Assembly: GCA_000004985.1 (NCBI GenBank)
Contig: GG738924.1
Source: Naegleria gruberi
Taxonomy: Eukaryota
Reading direction: 5' to 3' (one strand)
DNA: 64,000 nucleotides
Shown here in pieces: positions 1 through 8,335 of this stretch (position 1 is its first letter; every line of letters starts with the position of its first letter). The position numbers were made by a program, and so were the translations under genes. Below the pieces are notes generated by a model, which saw only the letters and a program-made list of their open reading frames with translations, was not told the DNA's origin and made no database searches.

Positions 1-574
1 GTTGTGTGAGATTGACCAATTTGGTGGAAATGGTACCACATTGCTCTTCAATAAGTTCGACTCCATCGATTGTTAGAGAAAGCACCTTATCCATTTCCAA
101 ATTGGACCGCTCTATAAAGTCTGTCCATTTTTCGAATAAAGTAAAAGAGGGGTGGAGAGCGAGTCTCCCTCTCGTTACTTGGTTCCAATTACTGCACACA
201 TACGCGCATTGAGAAAAGTGCTCTTTAGTCGAGAGAAAGGAAAATATATCCAACAAATTTTCGTCAGGAAGGGAATTGATCCCAACACTACCAGAGCCGC
301 GACTCGCTTTGGCACTACTCTCGGCTTTGCAGGATTTGTCGTCAGGGGGAGTTGTCATTTTTTTTGATTATGATATGTGATGGCAAATTTGACGTGTCAC
401 TCCCACAAGCGGGATCTATTTTTAGTTTGGTTTGAAATTTTAAAAGCGTGCTCCAAAACACCTCCCATAATTTCCGCATGATTAAAATACACCCAGTGTT
501 CGAGACACAATGCCATCGTGGATGATATTTGTCATCTGGTGTTTATTGGAACATTATCAAATAAATGGATTAGA

Positions 575-683
575 CAAAAGTTACCAAAATCTTAGTAGTA
601 CCGTTTCAGTTTTACCTAGTTGTAATAAACATCGGAAATTTATTTATGAATTTACACAAAAAACTCGAGGAAGTTAAATGATC

Positions 684-690
<7 letters not shown>
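575..690 (+). pseudogene. Orphan 3' fragment copied from the C-terminus of the gene at 8336..9214
   Basis: The + strand here translates to ...YQNLSSTVSVLPSCNKHRKFIY. This matches the C-terminal ...YDNLSSTVSVLPSCNKHRKFIYVFNNKS of the minus-strand ORF at 8336..9214. Nucleotides 580-660 are the reverse complement of 8360-8440. There is no upstream ORF, so this is a fragment, not a gene. Confidence 0.45.

Positions 691-716
<26 letters not shown>
687..716. repeat. (AT)15 microsatellite
   Basis: Perfect AT dinucleotide run. A second (AT)n at 8275..8310 sits in the mirror-image position next to the intact copy of the same gene 3' end. Confidence 0.9.
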
Positions 717-718
<2 letters not shown>

Positions 719-732
719 TATTTTCAACATCA

Positions 733-943
733 ATTTGTTCCAGTTAATTTTAAATCCATAGCTCTAAGAACCTCGTTAAAACCATTTGTCTTTTTCTTGT
801 TGTTAAAGTTTTTCCTTGCTTTGATGAAGGATCTGTTAAACTCCAAAACAGTATCATCTAAAAACAATTTTTCCTCTTTGTTCACATCTAATTCAACTAA
901 AGTATCCTTCAGCTTGTATTGTTTTCTAGCAATTGTTACATCT
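733..943 (-). CDS. Terminal coding exon of an unidentified gene
   Basis: The minus-strand frame is open for about 70 codons: ...VQDVTIARKQYKLKDTLVELDVNKEEKLFLDDTVLEFNRSFIKARKNFNNKKKTNGFNEVLRAMDLKLTGTN*. It follows a TTTTCAAG acceptor-like tract. It is not low-complexity. It is absent from the ORF track because it has no in-frame start. I recognise no homology. Confidence 0.3.
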
Positions 944-1606
944 TGTACCTTGAAAATATCATGTTTTTAAAACCACAAAATAATAAAATAATAAATTAAG
1001 ACAAATGGATTAAAAGCTCAAGGATTGAGACACCAATTAGTGAATCAACCTTGGAACCTGCTTTAAAGGATATAAATCTTTATTTAGCAGGTCCCTAGAA
1101 ATTAAAGTCTCAAAATTATGAAAAACTTATCGATAGTTTTGAAGCTAAAGATAAGAAAAAACATAGAGTATGTGAATAAATTGTAAAACCTGTGTCTTCC
1201 ATGAAGAAACAGAAAGCTAATTGAAGGAGAAGAACTTTCCAATTTGGGATATTCGAAACTTCGAGACTAAAGTAGTCAATTTGAGTAAGAAAGTGAAAAG
1301 CAACTGCATACATTGGAAGAATCACCAAAAAGTAAATGAATAACAAATAGAAAGTCCTAAAATCACCATTAATATATAAAAATCTATATGAATTTTCTGA
1401 AACAAATGGAATGAAAAATAAAATGATTCGAATCTATTAGAAACTGTCATCCAAAAAATAAGTTAGTGAATAAATGTAAAAATTGCACATCTTGAATGTA
1501 CACAGCCGCACTCTGAAATTAGCCCACTTACTGGGTGCTAATGAGCGAAATAAAGGCTGAAAAATTGTAAATACTAATTAAGGGTGGGTATGGGTGGGAC
1601 TTTGCC

Positions 1607-2131
1607 TTAATGATGACATGATGTTGAGACTATTTTTTGAGCATAATTTTTAAAATAATATTTTAATAATTTTGTATAAAAACACACTAGTTCTTCACCA
1701 TATTCAGAACTCCCATTGTTCAATTCGTCAATAATCAATTTCAATTCATTTCTACAGGCAATAACTTCTGATGAATTGACAGATAATCCATCATAACCAT
1801 GAATGCATTTTCCCTTGTAAACTTCATTCAATTCTAACGTCTTGTTTAGCATTACAAATTTCTTATTTTTGTAATCTAAAATCTTATCTTCAGTATAATT
1901 TTTGGAATTCGCAGCCATAACCCCAAATGCAATTTCTCCAATTTCTTCGGAGAACATAGTAAAATTTTCCGTAAAAAAGTCATGAAACGTTTTGGACTTC
2001 TTCTTCCAAAATTCAAATAACAAAGATTGGAATATTTCTGCATTCCTATATAAGTTATGTTTTCCCAAAATAAATAGGTATGTTAATACATCTCTAGATA
2101 ATGAAAATTCATTCCAATTTCCAACTCTCAA
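1607..2131 (-). CDS. Hypothetical protein (174-aa ORF), possibly 5'-truncated by the adjacent retroelement
   Basis: Non-repetitive ORF ending at 1607. Its 5' end abuts the retrotransposon junction at 2176-2256. No domain recognised. Confidence 0.3.
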   Translation of the reverse strand: MRVGNWNEFSLSRDVLTYLFILGKHNLYRNAEIFQSLLFEFWKKKSKTFHDFFTENFTMFSEEIGEIAFGVMAANSKNYTEDKILDYKNKKFVMLNKTLELNEVYKGKCIHGYDGLSVNSSEVIACRNELKLIIDELNNGSSEYGEELVCFYTKLLKYYFKNYAQKIVSTSCHH

Positions 2132-2175
2132 TGCATAATAATAACTTCTAAGGGCTGGTAAAATTGTCTCAAAAA

Positions 2176-2254
2176 GAATTGTAAAGTTTTTGGCAGCTAT
2201 TGTAGTAGTTCTAACCTGAATTGTAAAGTTTTTGGCAGCTATTGTAGTAGTTCA
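2176..2254 (+). repeat. Tandem duplication of a 35-bp unit at the left junction of the retroelement
   Basis: aattgtaaagtttttggcagctattgtagtagtt occurs twice, at 2176-2210 and 2220-2254, separated by ctaacctg. It lies immediately before the point where homology to the inverted gag copy begins. Confidence 0.6.
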
Positions 2255-2684
2255 AACACCAAGCAAAGCGAATATCTCCAACATTCGTCAAAGAGTTTCA
2301 GCAAGCAAATCTTCAACTTCTACCTACAAGTCAGGTTACATCCCAGTAACTGACAATGGTAGCTCAGCTTCACTCCCCTCTGTGGTTGACCCAACAAGCA
2401 AAACCTTGGATAACAATCAAGCTGGTTCTGAAAAGAACCTTGATGCTATTTTCAACGCCATCACTTCTTTGGGTGAGAGAATAAAGCATCTCGAAGCTGT
2501 TCCTCCTGTTCTGCAACAAGCTAATCAACTTGATGAAGACCCTGATGAGGAATCCGCTGATGAGGATTTCACTGGTAAACATTGGGGTCTAACTACTATC
2601 AAGGAGATTAGACGTAACTACGAAGTTGGTGATAGACTATCTGTTATAGGCGATAAAAACTCGCACGAAGACCCAGGCAGTTAA
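2232..2684 (+). pseudogene. gag-like ORF1, N-terminal half, interrupted after ...NYEVGDRLS by a nested insertion
   Basis: It is 97% identical at the protein level to residues 15-160 of the intact minus-strand gag at 6911..7978. The reading frame leaves the gag sequence at nt 2642 and resumes at 4064. Confidence 0.5.
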
Positions 2685-4063
2685 ATTCGTTGGTATGAAC
2701 CTTCCAGGCGAAAAATACTTCTAGGATAGATTCCATTAAAATTATCCATCCCTAAAAGTCTGCTATATCAGGGATGGAATTAGGCCTTGCACAAATAGAA
2801 TCCAATTAGACAACACTTATCTGTTAAGGTAGGAATTATCATTAATATGATAAGTCTCATTAAACAAGCTCTATTAGCATGAATTTAGAGCCATTATGTG
2901 TAATATCTTGTTTTATGAACCTATTCAATATCTACTAGGATTTTATGAATTATCAAGTATTAAAGAAGTATATTTAATTGGTAAATAATCACAGATTAGT
3001 TTTTAAAAATTTAAAATCTCCAATTCAATGAATTTAACACAATAAATTAATGTGTGATACAAAAGTACAATGAAATTTATTATTTTGATGTTTTGACATG
3101 GTGAACATCTGGTTAGGCTGAGAACTTGCATGTTTAGAGAGAAATTTAAGATCTTTATGATCTCATCGAAATAAAACGAAATATTTGATATGGTACATCT
3201 ACAATAATACTAATAACAGTTTATTAATGTTTCAAGAAGTTTGGCTATGTACTTTTGGCATGAATCATGATATGTTATCATGAATATTCCGAAGTTGGTA
3301 AAACAACAAAATGATGAAAAACTGATAATAAATATATTGTTTATTATGTATTTGAATAGTAGTTATGAAAGACATTTTCAAAGTTGGTGAAGTACATGTT
3401 GAGTTATGGTCCATGTACATGTTGAAAATATACATGAACCTATCATCATGATAACCAATAGGAAAATGTTCGGAAGTGATTTTACCTGATGGAATCGACC
3501 ATGCTGAACAATACTAGATGAAAGTTTTCCAAATTACCATATGAATCTGGCAGTGATGATGATTTTAGTGAAAATATTGAATTTCACTAAAATATTACTA
3601 TTATCAGATTTATTTCCACAAATATTACTATTATAATGATGATAAATAACAATGATGATGGTTGGAAGTTGTTCCGATGATGGTTTACCAACTTGAATTT
3701 TTCCCAAGTGAAAATTAAATTCCAAATTTATAATCACAATCCAATAATAAAAAATACTACCAGTAATACTATTAGGATGATGTTGAGATGATGATGTGAA
3801 AGTTTGGTGGATTCATGGGGTGAAATCACTCTGAAAATCACCAAAGTGTTCCCAATGTGTGTTTGGGCTGAAATATTTTTTCTTAATGGTGGAAAATAAT
3901 GGAACGTGTATTTGTTCGGTGTTATTAATACATACAAGGCAACACCAAGAACTTTTGTCCATCAAATAAGCACCTTACTATTTTCGCATAGACATTTTAG
4001 GCTATTTTTTTTGGCCTATATATTTTTTGCCTGTTTTTCAGGCGAAAAAAGTAGCCTAGAACA
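2642..4063. mobile_element. Nested 1.42-kb non-autonomous TIR element (MITE-like) inside gag
   Basis: An intact gag is available for comparison at 7540-7560 (reverse complement). Against it, the insertion is flanked by a duplicated TATC (2638-2641 and 4064-4067). Its termini are TGTTATAGGC...GCCTAGAACA, imperfect 10-bp inverted repeats. Subterminal CAGGCGAAAAA motifs occur near both ends. The interior is AT-rich and non-coding, with (ATG)n-like tracts at about 3590-3700. Confidence 0.5.
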
Positions 4064-4131
4064 TATCCGATGGAGATGTCTTAAGTTTTGTCTCAGCCAA
4101 AACACTTCGTCATTACTCTTCCAATGAGGCG

Positions 4132-4698
4132 TTGTTGAGTAGAGTTCAAGTTTTGATGGCTCGATTTGAATCTGTCATTCACAACTCTCGTAACTATCCT
4201 CGTCTGCAAGAAATTCAATCCAAAGGCTTGCAAAAGATGATGGAAATGTTACATTTGAAGTCTAAATTACTTCAGTTTGCTCTGAGCCATCCATTAAATG
4301 TAACCAACATCATTGAAATCACTGAGTTGGTGTTTCTCCTCTCTGAGGTTGAGAAAATCTTTTTAGAAGAAGGTTTGTTCGAAAGTAACTTTGATGTTGC
4401 GAACCAATTTATTCAACCCTTCATCCAAAGCAACACGTTTGCTGATATAACAGAAAAAGCTCGTCAAAAGAAGAGAGAGAAGTCTATAGTAAAACATGCC
4501 ATCACCAGCAAGATCCAAAAACCTCTAAAGATGAAAGAAAAGTTTCAAAAACCGTCCTCTCATCAAGGTGGCATCCCTAACAGCTATTCAAAGCCATTCA
4601 ACAATTACAACAAGAGTGGTTCCTCTTTTCAAAAGTCAGGAGATTCCAAGCCAAAGTACAATAACAATGGTGGAGGATCTTTCAAACAAGACCTCTGA
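4132..4698 (+). CDS. gag-like ORF1, C-terminal part, resuming after the nested insertion
   Basis: Collinear with the C-terminal 190 aa of the intact gag copy (...RVQVLMARFESVIHNSRNYPRLQEIQSKG...GGGSFKQDL). It ends at TGA 4696-4698. The next ORF (4708..6687) continues in the same frame. Confidence 0.55.
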   Translation: MLSRVQVLMARFESVIHNSRNYPRLQEIQSKGLQKMMEMLHLKSKLLQFALSHPLNVTNIIEITELVFLLSEVEKIFLEEGLFESNFDVANQFIQPFIQSNTFADITEKARQKKREKSIVKHAITSKIQKPLKMKEKFQKPSSHQGGIPNSYSKPFNNYNKSGSSFQKSGDSKPKYNNNGGGSFKQDL

Positions 4699-6553
4699 CT
4701 TGGTAGGTTGCCGTCTCAACAAGTTTGTACCTCAGTGGGAGAGTTACAACTTCAACCCATTTATAGTGGATTGGATTCGAAATGGAGTCCCAATCTACTC
4801 AAATCCCACCCTTTGGAAAGAATTCAAACAAAGGAAGAATTTCTCTCCAAAGGAAACCTCTTGGATGGATCAGGAAATCCAAGATATGCTGAGTTCCAAT
4901 GTAATAGAGATTGGAAACAGTTCAACAATATTGAACCCAATAAACATTGTACCCAAGAAGGGTTCGGATCAATTTCGCTTTATTCTAGACCTAAGGAAGG
5001 TCAATTTAGGAATAAAGGACAGTTCCTTCAAGATGGACAACATTCAAAGATGTTTGAAATTTGTTCAGAAGGGAATGTGGGCAACAAAGATAGACCTGAA
5101 GAAGGGTTACTTCCACGTTCCAATCAGGGAGAAACATCGCAATCTTCTTGGATTCCGGTACAAGGACAAGATTTATCAGTTCAAATGCCTACCGTTTGGG
5201 CTAAGTCAAGCTCCCAGAAATTTCACAAAGATTATGAAAGAGTTGGTGACCAAGTGGAGAAAGAAGGGTATTCTAGTATTTATTTACATAGACGATATTT
5301 TGATTCTAAGCAACAGCAAAGAAACTACCCAACTGCTCACAGACATAGTCATGAAGGATCTGGAGACATTGGGATGGATAATCCAGAAAGAGAAAAGCGT
5401 ATTAGCACCGTGTCAACACATAGAGTTTCTCGGTCTGGAACTGGATCTCGTACTTGGCCTTGTGAAAATCCCAGTCAACAAACAATCAACAGCCTTAGAA
5501 ATGATTCAAAAATTCTTATCAGCAAACCAACGGAACAGGTTTGTAGCATGCAAGAAAGTAGCACAATTCCTCGGAAAGATGGAATTTCTAACTCTTTCAA
5601 ACCACTACTTTGCTCCCTTTCTTGCTCGTCTTCGGAAGGATATGGTGAAAGTAGTAAACGACAAATCTTGGCACGCATCAATGAGAATATTCAGAGGTGC
5701 AGCGAAGGATCTAAATATTTTGAAAGATCTGATTCAGGAAAACAGTGGAATTCCCTTCGAACTGAATTCAATGAACCCAATTCGAGTGAATTCAGATGCC
5801 TGCCCAACAGGCTATGGAATTCACGCAGAGTCAACCATTACAATTGGAAGATTCACTTCCTCAGAACACATCAATGTGAAAGAGTTAAAAACACTCCTCA
5901 TTTTCTTCACACAAGCAGATCGGTTAAACCTTTATGGTCCTGGACAAGCATTCGAAATCAGAGGCGACAATGTTACAGCAATTTCCTATATAAGGAGAGG
6001 TTACGGAGTCATAGAAGAACTCTCTCAAATTGCCAGAGACCTCTACAAGATCTTGATGAGAAGAAAATGGTGGATTTCAAAGGTGATTTACATTCCCTCA
6101 AAGGAGAACAATCTAGCAGACAGACTGAGTCGCTTAACAGAATGGAAATCATCTCAAGAACTACTGCATCTAGTTCAGACAGAATTTGGAGAACACCATG
6201 TGGACAGGTTCGCGACATCGGAATCAACCACAACAATTCAATTCAACTCATGGATAGAGAACGACACATTCTTGAATCCATGGGAACAAAATCTGATGAG
6301 TTATTGTGTTCCTCCTCTGGGTCTGATATCTCAAGCTCTAGTTCATTGCATAAAATCAGAAGCGAAAGCGACATTTGTAGTTCCAGACTGGCCCTCTTCG
6401 ATATGGTTTCCAGTCTTGCTAAAGATATCAGAAAGGATAATACCTGTTTCCCGAAAGATGCTTATAATAACGCCCTTGTCAGAGTTGCAAGACAAGTTCG
6501 AGACTTCCAATTTCCTGGTTGTTCAAGTGCATGGCAAGTTGTTCAAGCAATAA
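4568..6553 (+). CDS. Reverse transcriptase / RNase H polyprotein, DIRS type
   Basis: 661-aa ORF in frame 2, overlapping the gag end by 130 nt. It has RT blocks including YIDDIL, and RNase H motifs DACPTGYG...DNVTAISY...IPSKENNLADRLSR. Confidence 0.8.
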   Translation: MASLTAIQSHSTITTRVVPLFKSQEIPSQSTITMVEDLSNKTSDLVGCRLNKFVPQWESYNFNPFIVDWIRNGVPIYSNPTLWKEFKQRKNFSPKETSWMDQEIQDMLSSNVIEIGNSSTILNPINIVPKKGSDQFRFILDLRKVNLGIKDSSFKMDNIQRCLKFVQKGMWATKIDLKKGYFHVPIREKHRNLLGFRYKDKIYQFKCLPFGLSQAPRNFTKIMKELVTKWRKKGILVFIYIDDILILSNSKETTQLLTDIVMKDLETLGWIIQKEKSVLAPCQHIEFLGLELDLVLGLVKIPVNKQSTALEMIQKFLSANQRNRFVACKKVAQFLGKMEFLTLSNHYFAPFLARLRKDMVKVVNDKSWHASMRIFRGAAKDLNILKDLIQENSGIPFELNSMNPIRVNSDACPTGYGIHAESTITIGRFTSSEHINVKELKTLLIFFTQADRLNLYGPGQAFEIRGDNVTAISYIRRGYGVIEELSQIARDLYKILMRRKWWISKVIYIPSKENNLADRLSRLTEWKSSQELLHLVQTEFGEHHVDRFATSESTTTIQFNSWIENDTFLNPWEQNLMSYCVPPLGLISQALVHCIKSEAKATFVVPDWPSSIWFPVLLKISERIIPVSRKMLIITPLSELQDKFETSNFLVVQVHGKLFKQ

Positions 6554-6687
6554 GGGATCTTAGTATCCTTTCATCAATAGCTGAGAAAACATTCAGAACT
6601 TATAATAGAATTTATGGTGGTTTTCTCTGGTTTATCAATGTGTTTGATCTCACCATTGATGATCCTATAGCTATTGAATATTGTTGA
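4708..6687 (+). CDS. 659-codon ORF overlapping the RT ORF in another frame, the same frame as gag (candidate second pol-region ORF)
   Basis: There are no stops for about 2 kb although the region is AT-rich, which is very unlikely by chance. It starts 3 codons after the gag TGA, in the gag frame. Its first 76 codons are also present in the inverted partial copy (6671..6901, minus). DIRS-type elements are known to carry overlapping ORFs. I could not identify catalytic recombinase motifs by eye. Confidence 0.4.
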   Translation: MPSQQVCTSVGELQLQPIYSGLDSKWSPNLLKSHPLERIQTKEEFLSKGNLLDGSGNPRYAEFQCNRDWKQFNNIEPNKHCTQEGFGSISLYSRPKEGQFRNKGQFLQDGQHSKMFEICSEGNVGNKDRPEEGLLPRSNQGETSQSSWIPVQGQDLSVQMPTVWAKSSSQKFHKDYERVGDQVEKEGYSSIYLHRRYFDSKQQQRNYPTAHRHSHEGSGDIGMDNPEREKRISTVSTHRVSRSGTGSRTWPCENPSQQTINSLRNDSKILISKPTEQVCSMQESSTIPRKDGISNSFKPLLCSLSCSSSEGYGESSKRQILARINENIQRCSEGSKYFERSDSGKQWNSLRTEFNEPNSSEFRCLPNRLWNSRRVNHYNWKIHFLRTHQCERVKNTPHFLHTSRSVKPLWSWTSIRNQRRQCYSNFLYKERLRSHRRTLSNCQRPLQDLDEKKMVDFKGDLHSLKGEQSSRQTESLNRMEIISRTTASSSDRIWRTPCGQVRDIGINHNNSIQLMDRERHILESMGTKSDELLCSSSGSDISSSSSLHKIRSESDICSSRLALFDMVSSLAKDIRKDNTCFPKDAYNNALVRVARQVRDFQFPGCSSAWQVVQAIRDLSILSSIAEKTFRTYNRIYGGFLWFINVFDLTIDDPIAIEYC

Positions 6688-7041
6688 ACTGTTTCCAATC
6701 TCTATTACATTGGAACTCAGCATATCTTGGATTTCCTGATCCATCCAAGAGGTTTCCTTTGGAGAGAAATTCTTCCTTTGTTTGAATTCTTTCCAAAGGG
6801 TGGGATTTGAGTAGATTGGGACTCCATTTCGAATCCAATCCACTATAAATGGGTTGAAGTTGTAACTCTCCCACTGAGGTACAAACTTGTTGAGACGGCA
6901 ACCTACCAAGTCAGAGGTCTTGTTTGAAAGATCCTCCACCATTGTTATTGTACTTTGGCTTGGAATCTCCTGACTTTTGAAAAGAGGAACCACTCTTGTT
7001 GTAATTGTTGAATGGCTTTGAATAGCTGTTAGGGATGCCAC
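6574..7041 (-). pseudogene. Truncated N-terminal fragment of the RT ORF in the inverted copy
   Basis: Its first 120 aa are identical to the start of the 4568..6553 ORF (MASLTAIQSHSTITTRVVPLFKSQEIPSQ...NSST). It then diverges at the copy junction. Confidence 0.5.
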
Positions 7042-7940
7042 CTTGATGAGAGGACGGTTTTTGAAACTTTTCTTTCATCTTTAGAGGTTTTTGGATCTTG
7101 CTGGTAATGGCATGCTTTACTACAGACTTCTCTCTCTTCTTTTGACGAGCTTTTTCTGTTATATCAGCAAACGTGTTGCTTTGGATGAAGGGTTGAATAA
7201 ATTGGTTCGCAACATCAAAGTTACTTTCGAATAAACCTTCTTCTAAAAAGATTTTCTCAACCTCAGAGAGGAGAAACACCAACTCAGTGATTTCAATGAT
7301 GTTGGTTACATTTAATGGATGGCTCAGAGCAAACTGAAGTAATTTAGACTTCAAATGTAACATTTCCATCATCTTTTGCAAGCCTTTGGATTGAATTTCT
7401 TGCAGACGAGGATAGTTACGAGAGTTGTGAATGACAGATTCAAATCGAGCCATCAAAACTTGAACTCTATTCAACAACGCCTCATTGGAAGAGTAATGAC
7501 GAAGTGTTTTGGCTGAGACAAAACTTAAGACATCTCCATCGGATAGTCTATCACCAACTTCGTAGTTACGTCTAATCTCCTTGATAGTAGTTAGACCCCA
7601 ATGTTTACCAGTGAAATCCTCATCAGCGGATTCCTCATCAGGGTCTTCATCAAGTTGATTAGCTTGTTGCAGAACAGGAGGAACAGCTTCGAGATGCTTT
7701 ATTCTCTCACCCAAAGAAGTGATGGCGTTGAGAATAGCATCAAGGTTCTTTTCAGAACCAGCTTGGTTGTTATCCAAGGTTTTGGATGTTGGGTCAACCA
7801 CAGAGGGGAGTGAAGCTGAGCTACCATTGTCAGTTACTGGGATGTAACCTGACTTGTAGGTAGAAGTTGAAGATTTGCTTGCTGAAACTCTTTGACGAAT
7901 GTTGGAAATATTCGCCTTGCTTGGTGTTTGAACCATTTCA
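6678..7940 (-). mobile_element. Inverted, 3'-truncated second copy of the DIRS-like element (5' region + gag + first ~280 nt of pol), head-to-head with the long copy
   Basis: The reverse complement of 6680-7940 is collinear with 2257-2641 plus 4064-4933 of the long copy. It has no nested insertion. The two arms meet at about 6677/6690. The copy's own upstream region 7941-8274 runs to the (AT)n at 8275. Confidence 0.7.
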
Positions 7941-7978
7941 ATATACTTAATTTTTTTGAGCATAAAATTATTTATCAA
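6911..7978 (-). CDS. Intact gag-like ORF1 of the inverted copy (355 aa)
   Basis: MVQTPSKANISNIRQRVSAS...GGGSFKQDL* is uninterrupted here. In the + copy the same protein is split into 2232..2684 and 4132..4698. Confidence 0.65.
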   Translation of the reverse strand: MINNFMLKKIKYIEMVQTPSKANISNIRQRVSASKSSTSTYKSGYIPVTDNGSSASLPSVVDPTSKTLDNNQAGSEKNLDAILNAITSLGERIKHLEAVPPVLQQANQLDEDPDEESADEDFTGKHWGLTTIKEIRRNYEVGDRLSDGDVLSFVSAKTLRHYSSNEALLNRVQVLMARFESVIHNSRNYPRLQEIQSKGLQKMMEMLHLKSKLLQFALSHPLNVTNIIEITELVFLLSEVEKIFLEEGLFESNFDVANQFIQPFIQSNTFADITEKARQKKREKSVVKHAITSKIQKPLKMKEKFQKPSSHQGGIPNSYSKPFNNYNKSGSSFQKSGDSKPKYNNNGGGSFKQDL

Positions 7979-8271
7979 CTCAATTTTATTGTTTACAATT
8001 TGTCGTAATACTAACGTTGCATCGTTCCTCGCAACTCTACATTGGAAGTAATAATCTTTATGGTAAATCCAAAGAAAATAAATTCAAAGAAAAAACAAAC
8101 TTTGTAAAAATATTACAAAAACACTGTTATTAGAAGTAGTAAAAGTAGAGTTATGATAGTTGTTTATTAAAACAAAGAAAAACTCTTACAACAAGAAATA
8201 GACAACTAGATTCATGGAGGTTGATGGAGTAGTTTAAAAATAAATGGAACAACTAATATCTAACATCAATT

Positions 8272-8274
<3 letters not shown>

Positions 8275-8310
<36 letters not shown>
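8275..8310. repeat. (AT)18 microsatellite
   Basis: Perfect AT run. It is the mirror partner of the (AT)15 at 687..716. Confidence 0.9.
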
Positions 8311-8312
<2 letters not shown>

Positions 8313-8335
8313 CAAATATCATCATTTGACTACTT

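Larger units (their letters stand above)
2257..6677 (+). mobile_element. DIRS-like (tyrosine-recombinase-type) retrotransposon, long copy
   Basis: Order is gag-like ORF1, then an RT/RNase H ORF, then a long overlapping ORF. The RT has DIRS/Ngaro-type motifs: FRFILDLRKVN, FKMDNIQ, GYFHVPI and LPFGLSQAPRNFTK. YIDDILIL is the catalytic motif. The RNase H region has VNSDACPTGYG and IPSKENNLADRLSR. Homology to the inverted copy starts at GTTCAAACACC (2257), 2 nt after where the gag ATG should be. The gag is interrupted by a 1.4-kb insertion. Confidence 0.7.

Noticed and set aside
5475-6236. Antisense ORFs 5475..5681 and 6009..6236 inside the RT gene, and 2370..2582 / 7601..7813 antisense to gag
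   Set aside because: Short, embedded in the opposite strand of a well-supported coding region. They are duplicated only because the TE is duplicated.
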